Notes: generated from the letters alone by a model not told the origin. A DNA stretch of 64,000 nt from an uncultured Candidatus Saccharibacteria bacterium (GCA_964532425.1 CAZHIA010000007.1:64008-128007), one strand, 5' to 3'; shown: positions 49,294 through 57,764, counted from the first letter of the stretch. Made by a program: numbers and translations.

Positions 49294-49652
49294 CCGCTGG
49301 AGCCAGCCTGCTGGGCCAGGCTCGCATTCATAAAATGAAAATAAAGAATAGAGAATAGCCCCTCCGCGCACCAGGAGGGGGTGGATCACCGGGACTCGAA
49401 CGAGTGACAACGAATCCATAAAGGACGATTCGAGGATCAAGGACCATACATGAGCGTGCATGGGGCGTTTAAGTCCCATAACCGAGCGGTGAAAGCTGCT
49501 CAAATATTTAACCCTGCCGGGCGGCGACAATTATCCCCGGCATAAAGCCCTGAAAAGCAGGAGGAGGAAAAAGGACATGCGCTACAAGTTTCGTTTATGA
49601 ATCTCTACGGGTCTAGACCGGGACTGACCCAACCGGTTGCTGGCTCCGGCGG
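49294..49652 (+). ncRNA. Candidate 360-nt multibranch structured RNA
   Basis: Closing stem ccgctggagccagc/gctggctccggcgg, nested stems, GAAA-loop hairpin. Confidence 0.6.
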
Positions 49653-49761
49653 GAGATCACGGCGTATCCAAAACCACGCGCTGGGCAAGCCTCGCTTGCC
49701 CTTCTTTCTGAGCTAGCCTATCTGTAATGTTTAGATAGGCAGCTGAGAAGGAAGGAGGATT

Positions 49762-50007
49762 GTGAAGAAAGAGAAAAAAAGTGACGCTCCGAGAGAGAGG
49801 AGCGTTTGGGCGGCCCGTTACGGCCACCAAATCGAAAGGTTTGCGGGATCGGCTTTCCCTCGCCGGCGACGGCAGGATGAGCCATCAGAGTTCGAGAGTG
49901 AAGTGACTGCGGTCGAAGACCGGCATCTCTACGGAGCTCGCTCGAACCGACGCCCCTCGCTTGAGGAGCTCGAGAACCCCTTCGCGAATCTTAACCAGCC
50001 CCACTAG
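49762..50007 (+). CDS. Small charged hypothetical protein
   Basis: SD AAGGAGG before GTG. Confidence 0.55.
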   Translation: MKKEKKSDAPRERSVWAARYGHQIERFAGSAFPRRRRQDEPSEFESEVTAVEDRHLYGARSNRRPSLEELENPFANLNQPH

Positions 50008-50040
50008 GGCGCGCAGCGGGGGAGCCTTCCAAAAGCTCCC

Positions 50041-50123
50041 CCACATCACTTTGGGTTTCAAGGGTAAACATTTTATGGGTCGCTTTGACCCACCGGCACC
50101 ATTTGAAACTCAGTGTGATGCGG
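50041..50123 (+). ncRNA. Repeated structured motif A, copy 5 (divergent)
   Basis: stem-AAGGG taaaca ttttat GGGTCG ctt TGACCC accgg CACCATT-stem. Confidence 0.6.
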
Positions 50124-50449
50124 ATGCATATTTAAAGATTTGTTTTATTTGTCATTGCGAGGGAGTGCATCCGACCGAAGCAATCTTTTATGGTAAAGAT
50201 TGCCACGCTCCTCGGCTGCACTCGGAGCTCGCAATGACATAGGGATGCAGTACTCTCCTGCAATATTAGGAGGAGTGGCTGCGACCTGTCCACCGTAGCC
50301 TCGGCGAAGGCGGGAGCAGACGAGGTGGTAAATGTCCTTAACTCTGTGGCAAGAAGTTTGGCGGTAACTCGGTAATCCGGTTTATTGCCAAGCTCCTTCC
50401 CGCAAGGGAAAAAATCAAAGCTGTTCATTTACAAGGAGAATACACAAAA

Positions 50450-51151
50450 ATGGCCGCTCAGGCGACTGCTACTGCTCAAGCTCATTCCACTGCTCCGCGC
50501 AGTGGGAAACCGTTCAACCGCAAACCGGTGCCGGTCGCGGTCAGTCACGTGACTCTCACCTTGACCTTTCGCCAGAAAACCAAGAATGGTATCACGAAGG
50601 TTTTGGCCACGGCGAACGAGGGGAGTCGGGTAGTTACCTACTACCCGGACCGCAAAGAATCCAGGCCGCCGCTCAACGTGGCGATGGATTGCGAAGTCAT
50701 CGATCAAACGACCGCGAACGACGCGTTCGCGATCCGTATCGTGAAAGTCCTCGGCCCGTCCGAATCAGCGCGGCTCGCCGCGATCACCACATCCGCGGCT
50801 GCTGCAGCAAAGGCTACGATGGCAGCCATCAACCCTCAGCCCAAGGCTGAGGAGGTGGTGGACCAGCTCATCGCCGCGGCTATGCCCGCGGCTGCTGCGG
50901 AGCCCGTTCCGGTCGCCGAGAAAATCGTCGCGCCGGAAGTCCACGAGACGCCGGGTCAGCCCAAGGCTGCGGACCAGACGCCTGCTCCCGCGCCTGAGAA
51001 GACAACCGAGCCGTCCAAGCCCAAGAAGAAGTTCACAAGCAAAGACGGTAAGGTATTCAACGACAAGGGTCGTAGTCCGCGCGGCAAGCGCGGCGGGGCG
51101 AGTGCGGTGGACCCCATTCGGGCCGAAATGGAGGCCATGGGGTTGATGTAG
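50450..51151 (+). CDS. Hypothetical protein with small beta-rich domain and Ala/Pro/Lys-rich tail
   Basis: SD AAGGAG; biased codons; 233 aa. Confidence 0.78.
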   Translation: MAAQATATAQAHSTAPRSGKPFNRKPVPVAVSHVTLTLTFRQKTKNGITKVLATANEGSRVVTYYPDRKESRPPLNVAMDCEVIDQTTANDAFAIRIVKVLGPSESARLAAITTSAAAAAKATMAAINPQPKAEEVVDQLIAAAMPAAAAEPVPVAEKIVAPEVHETPGQPKAADQTPAPAPEKTTEPSKPKKKFTSKDGKVFNDKGRSPRGKRGGASAVDPIRAEMEAMGLM

Positions 51152-51167
51152 TGCAGGCCATTGGCCT

Positions 51168-51329
51168 GCTCTTGTGCGGACAATATAACAGGAGGAACGT
51201 TATGCGTTAAAAAGCCAGCGTAGTTCAAGAAACTACATTTGAATAAAACGGCGGCGAAAAGGTTTTACAGGTAGACCTTGCGGAAAGCCGGAAATTTCCG
51301 CTCAATATGATCTGTCCGTGGCGGGTAGC
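51168..51329 (+). ncRNA. Candidate 160-nt multibranch RNA with SD and mini-ORF
   Basis: gcggaca/tgtccgt closing stem; inner hairpins ataac/gttat, gtagtt/aactac, aaggtt/gacctt and gcggaaa/tttccgc. Confidence 0.5.
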
Positions 51330-51498
51330 GCTGGGAGAGCATGCTCTCCCTTCTCTTCAGAGTTCATTTTCATCTTTTGGCGTCATTCTGAGCCGAGGCA
51401 TCCGAGGCGAAGAATCTCTCATCGAAAGTGAATTGTGAAGAGAAGGAATTCTCGTCAGACTTAGGGTCTGATTATATCGAATCAAGGAGGCATTTGCC

Positions 51499-52470
51499 AT
51501 GTCAGGTTTTACAGTTGAACGTTTCGTGCGTATTGCCCTAAACGGGGAGCGCATTATCGGCCTTTGTGGGCCAAGCGGTGAGCATGTCGAGTTAATACCG
51601 GTCACGGTGAACGGGAAAAAACAGCTGAAGGCTGTCTGGTCCCGTTGCCACCGGCTGGAGTATACGGAACCGGAAGCAACGCCGGTAACACTCGACAAGG
51701 TTCCCGAAGCGCTGCTTCCCCGACTGGGGTTCGTCCGGGTTGGGGAGAAAGACATCGTCGTCCAAATCGATTGGGAGTATGTAGAAGGCGTGGGACAAAC
51801 CTCTGTTTACCGGACGCACAAAGCCGGCGACTGGGTTCCGGCGCATGTCGCGAACTATGGGACTGTACGTCCCGACGGGAGCTCTTTTGTGAAGGAGACC
51901 CGTTTCCGGAACAGCCGGCCGTACGAGGTCAAACTTCGGGTCGACAACAAAGGCGGCGAGCCCGTCGTTGTCGATTATGAAGCCGAAAGGCGGAAGCAGG
52001 TGTTCGAAGTAAAGCGGGACACACTGCAGCAAGCCGGCTACATGCCTTGGCGGATCAATAAGCTGGTTGCAGCTCTTGGTCCCACCTACGCAGTGTACGC
52101 CCATGATTGGCTGTGCGACGCGGTGTGTGATTTGCTGCGTGATGGGTTCGAAGACCCGCAACGGCAGCTGCAGTCTGCATTGCGTCGGGCGCTGGCCTCG
52201 AAGGAGCAGAACCTTTTTGCTTCGGCAGTCGAACGGGTGTTGTACGATGACTTCAATTACATATATTTTGGTCATCGGAATCTCACCGATCTCGCCAAAG
52301 GCGCACTCTTGATTCTCGATACCGGCGGTTTGCCGGCTAAGACGGTCAAAGAGTATTGGCCATCTTTGGACCCGGAAGACTACAAGCTTTCGCAGGAGGC
52401 GCGTCGGCTCCAGCTCCGCAAAGAGCAGGATCATAAGGTTCTGCTGGATACGGTCCTCGGCACGGTATAA
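51499..52470 (+). CDS. Hypothetical protein
   Basis: SD AAGGAGG; 323 aa. Confidence 0.75.
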   Translation: MSGFTVERFVRIALNGERIIGLCGPSGEHVELIPVTVNGKKQLKAVWSRCHRLEYTEPEATPVTLDKVPEALLPRLGFVRVGEKDIVVQIDWEYVEGVGQTSVYRTHKAGDWVPAHVANYGTVRPDGSSFVKETRFRNSRPYEVKLRVDNKGGEPVVVDYEAERRKQVFEVKRDTLQQAGYMPWRINKLVAALGPTYAVYAHDWLCDAVCDLLRDGFEDPQRQLQSALRRALASKEQNLFASAVERVLYDDFNYIYFGHRNLTDLAKGALLILDTGGLPAKTVKEYWPSLDPEDYKLSQEARRLQLRKEQDHKVLLDTVLGTV

Positions 52471-52934
52471 AAACATGTGTGCGGTCACCTTCGGTGACCG
52501 CCTCTCTTCCGAACTCGTTTATGCGGGTTGGGAAGAGGGGATGATATTGATCGAAATTCTGTGCAGTGCAGGCCCGCTTCGCTATCGCTTGAGCGAGGCG
52601 AGCCCTTGGCCTGCTCCCCGTGTCATTGCGATTTTAGAGGTAAATTCCCATGATGAAGCGATCTAAACCTCGTGTTAGGTAAGATTGCTTCGTCGTTCGG
52701 CTGCACTCACTTCTCGCAATGACAAACAGCGGGTAATGTAGTGCAGGTCCTCTGACTACGCACAAGGCTACGTCGTACTAGTCGGCCTGCCAGTGTAGGG
52801 GCGGATAGTATCCGCCCGAAAGAAGGGAAGATAATATCTTCCCCTTACATAACGCAATAGATTTATTGCCAGAATTGAAAACTTAAAGAATTGAGTTTAT
52901 AATTCTGTCAGTATATAAACCTGTAGGGGGATTC

Positions 52935-53111
52935 ATGGGAAGTTTTTTTTCGCAGTACTTAGAAGAGCGGCGCTTGTATAAGCGCCAACGGCAGATTGAT
53001 CAAAACTTGGGCGTGTCACGCTCCTGGATCGGACTGTCCGGCTGGATAGTCCGAGGCGGGTATGTCGCATTTCTCGCCTTGATGTTTCTCTGGATCTATA
53101 CGAGGAGGTAG
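52935..53111 (+). CDS. 58-aa membrane peptide (below ORF-track cutoff)
   Basis: MGSFFSQYLEERR...GYVAFLALMFLWIYTRR; G-rich RBS. Confidence 0.55.
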   Translation: MGSFFSQYLEERRLYKRQRQIDQNLGVSRSWIGLSGWIVRGGYVAFLALMFLWIYTRR

Positions 53112-53115
53112 TTGA

Positions 53116-53262
53116 ATGCTTATTGTAGCCGGAATTAGTCTGGCTTTGCTCATCTCAATAATCTCCGTGAGAGCGGCCTTCTTCCCTTCGTCTGAGCCGG
53201 GTCAAACGGATGACTCTAATGATCAGCCCGAATTTCCCGCTGTGTGGAAGAGTGAGTCATGA
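53116..53262 (+). CDS. 48-aa membrane peptide
   Basis: MLIVAGISLALLISIISVRAAFF...; SD GAGGAGGT. Confidence 0.55.
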   Translation: MLIVAGISLALLISIISVRAAFFPSSEPGQTDDSNDQPEFPAVWKSES

Positions 53263-53405
53263 CCTGGGTGGACGCTCTCGTGCAGACCCTTGCCGGGTTT
53301 GCATTCTTCTTCGGTTCCATCTTCCTCCCGCCGCTGCTTGCGGTTAGCTACATCAAGTGGCGGGAGCACCGCGAACGAAAACACGAATCCGAAAAGGGGA
53401 CATGA
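53259..53405 (+). CDS. 48-aa membrane peptide
   Basis: ATGA overlap with previous stop; MTWVDALVQTLAGFAFFFGSIFLPPLLAVSYIKWREHRERK. Confidence 0.55.
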   Translation: MTWVDALVQTLAGFAFFFGSIFLPPLLAVSYIKWREHRERKHESEKGT

Positions 53406-53638
53406 ACCTTACGTCTCCTTTTCCCCTCTAACCTGTCGGCGATGTGCTGATACGTACGTAATGGGGCAACCCTAGCCGTATTTACCAGCATCCTGTCTCG
53501 CCGGCGGGTTTGAGGGAATGACTATTGAACAAAATTAAATAAAATTAATTAAAATTAAGTAAAATTGGAACGCAAGGGCTGCTCAGAGCAAGTTCAATAT
53601 TGTAATATACAAGTCTTCCGATATGGGAAGTCTTTTTT

Positions 53639-53822
53639 ATTTGCGACGTAGAGCGAGGAGGTGGAAGCTTGCTTTCAATTTCCGAGCCGAGGAGCAAATA
53701 TTTATAATATTTGCGACGTAGAGCGAGGAAATGGAATCAAAATTCCAATTTCCGAGCCGAGCCTGCCTGCCCCGGCACCATCATATGGTGCTCGGGCCTG
53801 CCGGTAGGCAGGGAGCAAATAT
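53639..53822. repeat. 70-bp direct repeat x2 with nested palindrome insertions
   Basis: atttgcgacgtagagcgagga..caatttccgagccgag..gagcaaatat occurs twice. Confidence 0.85.
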
Positions 53823-53985
53823 AGGTTCAATTTCTTGGCAGCTTGCAGTATGGAACCTCTATTTTGTCCACTTTGACAACCCTAACTTTAGGGAATACAA
53901 TAGGCCTATAGTTTCCAGCTTGTCGCTGGCTGCTGTGTCCTCGGCAGTCAACATCCAGGCTTGGAAAGCCACCAGGAGGAAGTGA

Positions 53986-54492
53986 ATGAAGCATTATTTT
54001 GATCCGGATGAACGTCCGGATTGCAATGACCCACAGTATGATGAGCCAGATGTTTTGGCGACTGAATCGAACCGTAACGGTGCCGGCAAAAAAACCGCCA
54101 CGATCAAACCGAAGAAACACGTGATGATCGTGAACGGAGAGCGGGTGCCGAAACGGGTGGTGAGATTCCTCGCTCAAACAGCTCCGGCGGAACTGGACCA
54201 GTTGAGTCCTTTTGACCTCCAGGCACTGCTTGCGTGCCGCAACTGCGATCCTCCCCAGGATCCGGGTACCGATCTGTTCGACAATGCACCGCTGGTACCG
54301 CTTGATGAGATTGAAGAGGGTTCTGGGACCCGGTCTCACATACAGCGCGCATTGCCGGATCTGGCAGACATCGAAGGCATGACAAACTTCGAGGAAGACC
54401 CGGTGGGTCAGTTTGAAGAGGCCATCCCTCATACAGCGGGGGAGCGTGAACTTGGATTGTGGCCCAATTCGATCCACTTCACAACGGCTTAG
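53986..54492 (+). CDS. Hypothetical acidic protein
   Basis: Promoter TTGACA-17-TACAAT; SD CAGGAGG. Confidence 0.7.
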   Translation: MKHYFDPDERPDCNDPQYDEPDVLATESNRNGAGKKTATIKPKKHVMIVNGERVPKRVVRFLAQTAPAELDQLSPFDLQALLACRNCDPPQDPGTDLFDNAPLVPLDEIEEGSGTRSHIQRALPDLADIEGMTNFEEDPVGQFEEAIPHTAGERELGLWPNSIHFTTA

Positions 54493-54636
54493 CTGATGTT
54501 GTGGCGGTAACCGGATTTCGTCCGGTTGCCGCCGTATTTTAATTTGACGCCAGGCGGCAATTACGATATAATGCGTACAGTTTGCAATCTGACTTATCAT
54601 TTTGCATTTTTAACTTTTAACTTTTCTCTGATCACT

Positions 54637-54807
54637 ATGGGAGTTCCCAAGAAGCATAAGACCAGAAGCGGTCGCGACCAGCGGCGCAGCCATCATGCCT
54701 TGAAAGCCACCAGTTTTGCCACTTGCAAGAACTGCGGCAGTGCAACCATGCCCCACCTTCCCTGTAAGAACTGCGGGCACTACAAAGGCAGAAAAGTCAC
54801 GAAATAA
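54637..54807 (+). CDS. rpmF: 50S ribosomal protein L32
   Basis: MGVPKKHKTRSGRDQRRSH, CKNC..PH..CKNCGHYKGR. Confidence 0.95.
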   Translation: MGVPKKHKTRSGRDQRRSHHALKATSFATCKNCGSATMPHLPCKNCGHYKGRKVTK

Positions 54808-54810
54808 GAT

Positions 54811-54888
54811 AAACATTTGACAATTAACCTTTGACATTTGACCACTGTGATCGAGTTACATGTCACATGTCAAAGGTCAAAGGTTTTC
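54811..54888. repeat. 7-bp-period inverted tandem-repeat hairpin, family copy 3
   Basis: acatttgacaattaacctttgacatttgac ... catgtcacatgtcaaaggtcaaagg. Confidence 0.85.
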
Positions 54889-54891
54889 TTT

Positions 54892-55380
54892 ATGGCCAAT
54901 CGCCACATGTGCCGCACTATCGCCATGCAGTCCCTGTTCGAGTGGGACTTCAAAGGCAAAAAGGACGATCTCAAAGAGATCATCGATAACAATTTGGAAC
55001 AATTCGGTTCCGGTCTCGATGACGCGGCCTTTGCGTATGAGCTGGCCCAGGGCGTGGCGGGAAAGATTACTGACATCGACGCACTCATTACCAAGTACGC
55101 ACCCGAGTGGCCTATTGACCAAATCACTCTCGTTGATCGCAACGTACTGCGCATTGGCATTTTTGAACTGATGTTCCTGAAAGACGTACCTCCTAAAGTA
55201 GCCATCAACGAAGCTGTGGAGATAGCTAAAGCCTTCGGGGGAGAGAATAGCGGCAAGTTCTTAAACGGCGTTCTTGGCAGTCTCTATAAAACCTTGGATC
55301 CGGAAGAGAGTAAACCCAAGGAACCTCCGACCCCGGACATTTCAACCACTGATGTCGCCAACGACCAGTCAATATCGTAA
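54892..55380 (+). CDS. nusB: Transcription antitermination factor NusB
   Basis: [46 protein letters not shown]. Confidence 0.95.
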   Translation: MANRHMCRTIAMQSLFEWDFKGKKDDLKEIIDNNLEQFGSGLDDAAFAYELAQGVAGKITDIDALITKYAPEWPIDQITLVDRNVLRIGIFELMFLKDVPPKVAINEAVEIAKAFGGENSGKFLNGVLGSLYKTLDPEESKPKEPPTPDISTTDVANDQSIS

Positions 55381-55445
55381 GTTCATTACCGATAGGTTTT
55401 CCTATCGGTATTTATTTTAAAAATATGCATTGAAAATAAAAATAG

Positions 55446-55487
55446 CTATTCCTCACAATTCAACGATCGTTGAATTGTAGGGAATAG
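55446..55487. repeat. Near-perfect 42-bp loopless palindrome
   Basis: ctattcctcacaattcaacga|tcgttgaattgtagggaatag. Confidence 0.9.
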
Positions 55488-55604
55488 GGGGAGGGTTAGG
55501 AGTGAAATATGTGTGAGCACTGTCTCAAAAATCCCTAGGTTTGATATTTTTAAATTAATATTGTATATTTAAGCCAAGTTTTACCAATAGAAACTAAAAT
55601 ATCC

Positions 55605-57764
55605 ATGCGGCAAAAATTAAATATAGGAATTTTACTTACGCTCGGCGCGATTTTGGGATCGTGCTTTTTTTATACCCAAAGGGCACATGCCGGGGCGCTG
55701 CCGGTCTATATAAGCCAGGTGCAGATTACCGGCGGCTCCGGCCATACGAATGATGATTTCGTGGAATTGTTCAATCCGAATTCTCAAGCGGTGAATTTGA
55801 AAGGATACCGCTTGGTCAAGCGGACCGCAGCTGGGACTGTCGACACCCTGATCAAATCCTGGACGAGTGATACCATAATACCGCCGTTCAGTTTTTATTT
55901 ATGGGCTAACACGGGCTGTGCGAATCTTCCGTACCCTGCCGATGGAACTACGTCGGGAACACTGTCCGATGATAACGGCGTTGCCGTGCGGTTTGGAGCC
56001 AGCGACAGCGGAGCGTTGATCGACAGTATTTCCTGGGGCAAGGCGAATAATACGTTCCGGAATGTATCAGCGCAGAACCCAGGTGCGGGGCTGGCCTTGC
56101 AGCGCCAAGACCTATATACCGAGAACTCAAATTTTTCTATAGCAGCTTCGCACCCGCGAAACAGTTCCGTTGCGGACAAGCCGGCACCACCATCCAGCGG
56201 CGGTACAGCCACTTCCACCCCGCAGTCAGAAACTCCGGCGGCGGTTACGGTGGAAGGAACCGAATATAAGAATAAAGCCGAAGGCATAGTCTTCTCCGAG
56301 CTGCTGGTGAACCCGGAAGGGGAGGATGGCGGGCAGGAAGTTGTCGAACTCGAGAACACCGGCCTGGAAGCGGCGGATCTTCGCAAATGGATTTTGCGGG
56401 ACGGAAGCGGTACGTCGACGGTCGATTTTACGATTGGATCTGTCCAGCTGCTGCCAGGCGATGTGGCAACCATTACCCTTCCTGCCGGGTCATTTGCATT
56501 AGATAATCAGGGTGATGCTATCGCGTTGCTCTACCCAGATGGCAGCCAGGCGGACGCACTCCAGTACAAAGGACCAGCACCAGAGAGATTGAGTTATCAA
56601 AAGTATAAAGACGGCTGGGTCTGGTCGTTGCCAAGCCTTGGTCGAAAAAATTTTACTAAAACCTATATAGGGCAATCGGGGCTTGGCGTGCGTATCAGCG
56701 AGGTGCTAGCAAATCCCGTGGGGGAGGATGAAGGTAAGGAATGGGTAGAGCTACTCAATTTGGGGGAGGAGGCAATCCCTTTAGCTGGTTATCGTCTTGA
56801 TGATGCCGGTACTACGCTTGGGCCAAGTAATCACGCGGTGGCTCTGGATGACCAGGGAGTCCTTTTACCCGGCGAGTTTTTGGTCGTGGCCATACCTGAG
56901 GATGCGTTCCAGCTGAAAAACGACCATGGAGAGCTGCGCTTGTTTGATGCACAGCAGAAAATGGCCGATGCGGTAACGTATGAAGAAGCGCCGGAAGGCA
57001 AAAGCTACGCAAGAAGCGCGGACGGCGCGTGGGCTTACGGCATTCCTACCCCCGGAGCCGCCAGTCTGGTTGATCAGCCACTTTCCGGGGCTTTCATTTC
57101 CGAACTATTGCCGAATCCTGGTGAGGGTAGGGAAGAATTCATGGAATTGGGCAATGCTTCTTTGGAGCCGGTACTCTTAAAGGATCTGGTTCTCGGGTCT
57201 GACAGCCAGCGAAAAGCCCTCGAAAAGGACGTGTTGTTGCAACCTGGGCAGTTATTCGTATTCGGGGCGTCTGAGCTTCCATTTTCTTTGCGCAATTCGG
57301 GCGGCCGTATCGAGCTTTTCGATCAATACGGCAGACGGCTTTCCGCGGTTGATTACCCTGCTGCTCCGGCGGGGCAGTCGTATTCCCGGGACAGTGGCGG
57401 AAGTTTTTTTTGGACCGATGTGCCTACGCCCGGGACAGCGAATACGATCATTCAGGCGGCAGCCGTGGAAAAGGAACCGGCCGCAACCGTACCAGCAAGC
57501 AGGTCTGTGTCCGAAGCAACAGTATACAAGCGCTTGTACGCTCAGCAGCAGGAGCTGAATGCCAGATTGGAAGGGGAGCTGGCTGCTCTGCAACAATCCG
57601 TGGCTCTGTTGGGGCCATCGGAGAACCGTATCGTAGAACAGGTTGTCCCCACGTCTGATACAATGCAAACCGCGCCGACGCAACATCGCGAGGGTTGGTT
57701 GTACGGGATTATCTCCTTATTGGCGCTGGTGTTAGCCATATTACTCTATCGGCGAATTGCCTGA
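55605..57764 (+). CDS. Surface protein with four lamin-tail-like domains and C-terminal TM anchor
   Basis: Repeated ISE(L/V)..NP....E.VEL.N modules, PTPG..N motifs, signal peptide. Confidence 0.85.
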   Translation: MRQKLNIGILLTLGAILGSCFFYTQRAHAGALPVYISQVQITGGSGHTNDDFVELFNPNSQAVNLKGYRLVKRTAAGTVDTLIKSWTSDTIIPPFSFYLWANTGCANLPYPADGTTSGTLSDDNGVAVRFGASDSGALIDSISWGKANNTFRNVSAQNPGAGLALQRQDLYTENSNFSIAASHPRNSSVADKPAPPSSGGTATSTPQSETPAAVTVEGTEYKNKAEGIVFSELLVNPEGEDGGQEVVELENTGLEAADLRKWILRDGSGTSTVDFTIGSVQLLPGDVATITLPAGSFALDNQGDAIALLYPDGSQADALQYKGPAPERLSYQKYKDGWVWSLPSLGRKNFTKTYIGQSGLGVRISEVLANPVGEDEGKEWVELLNLGEEAIPLAGYRLDDAGTTLGPSNHAVALDDQGVLLPGEFLVVAIPEDAFQLKNDHGELRLFDAQQKMADAVTYEEAPEGKSYARSADGAWAYGIPTPGAASLVDQPLSGAFISELLPNPGEGREEFMELGNASLEPVLLKDLVLGSDSQRKALEKDVLLQPGQLFVFGASELPFSLRNSGGRIELFDQYGRRLSAVDYPAAPAGQSYSRDSGGSFFWTDVPTPGTANTIIQAAAVEKEPAATVPASRSVSEATVYKRLYAQQQELNARLEGELAALQQSVALLGPSENRIVEQVVPTSDTMQTAPTQHREGWLYGIISLLALVLAILLYRRIA

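Noticed and set aside
49294-49652. RNase P RNA, tmRNA or self-splicing intron
   Set aside because: No GAGGAAAGUCC, no tRNA-like ends, and no group I P7 or group II domain V signature on either strand
47395-50123. Motif A copies as a CRISPR array, attC sites or hammerhead ribozymes
   Set aside because: Spacing is irregular and repeats are non-identical, with no cas or integrase gene, no consistent RYYYAAC/GTTRRRY ends and no CUGANGA/GAAA core
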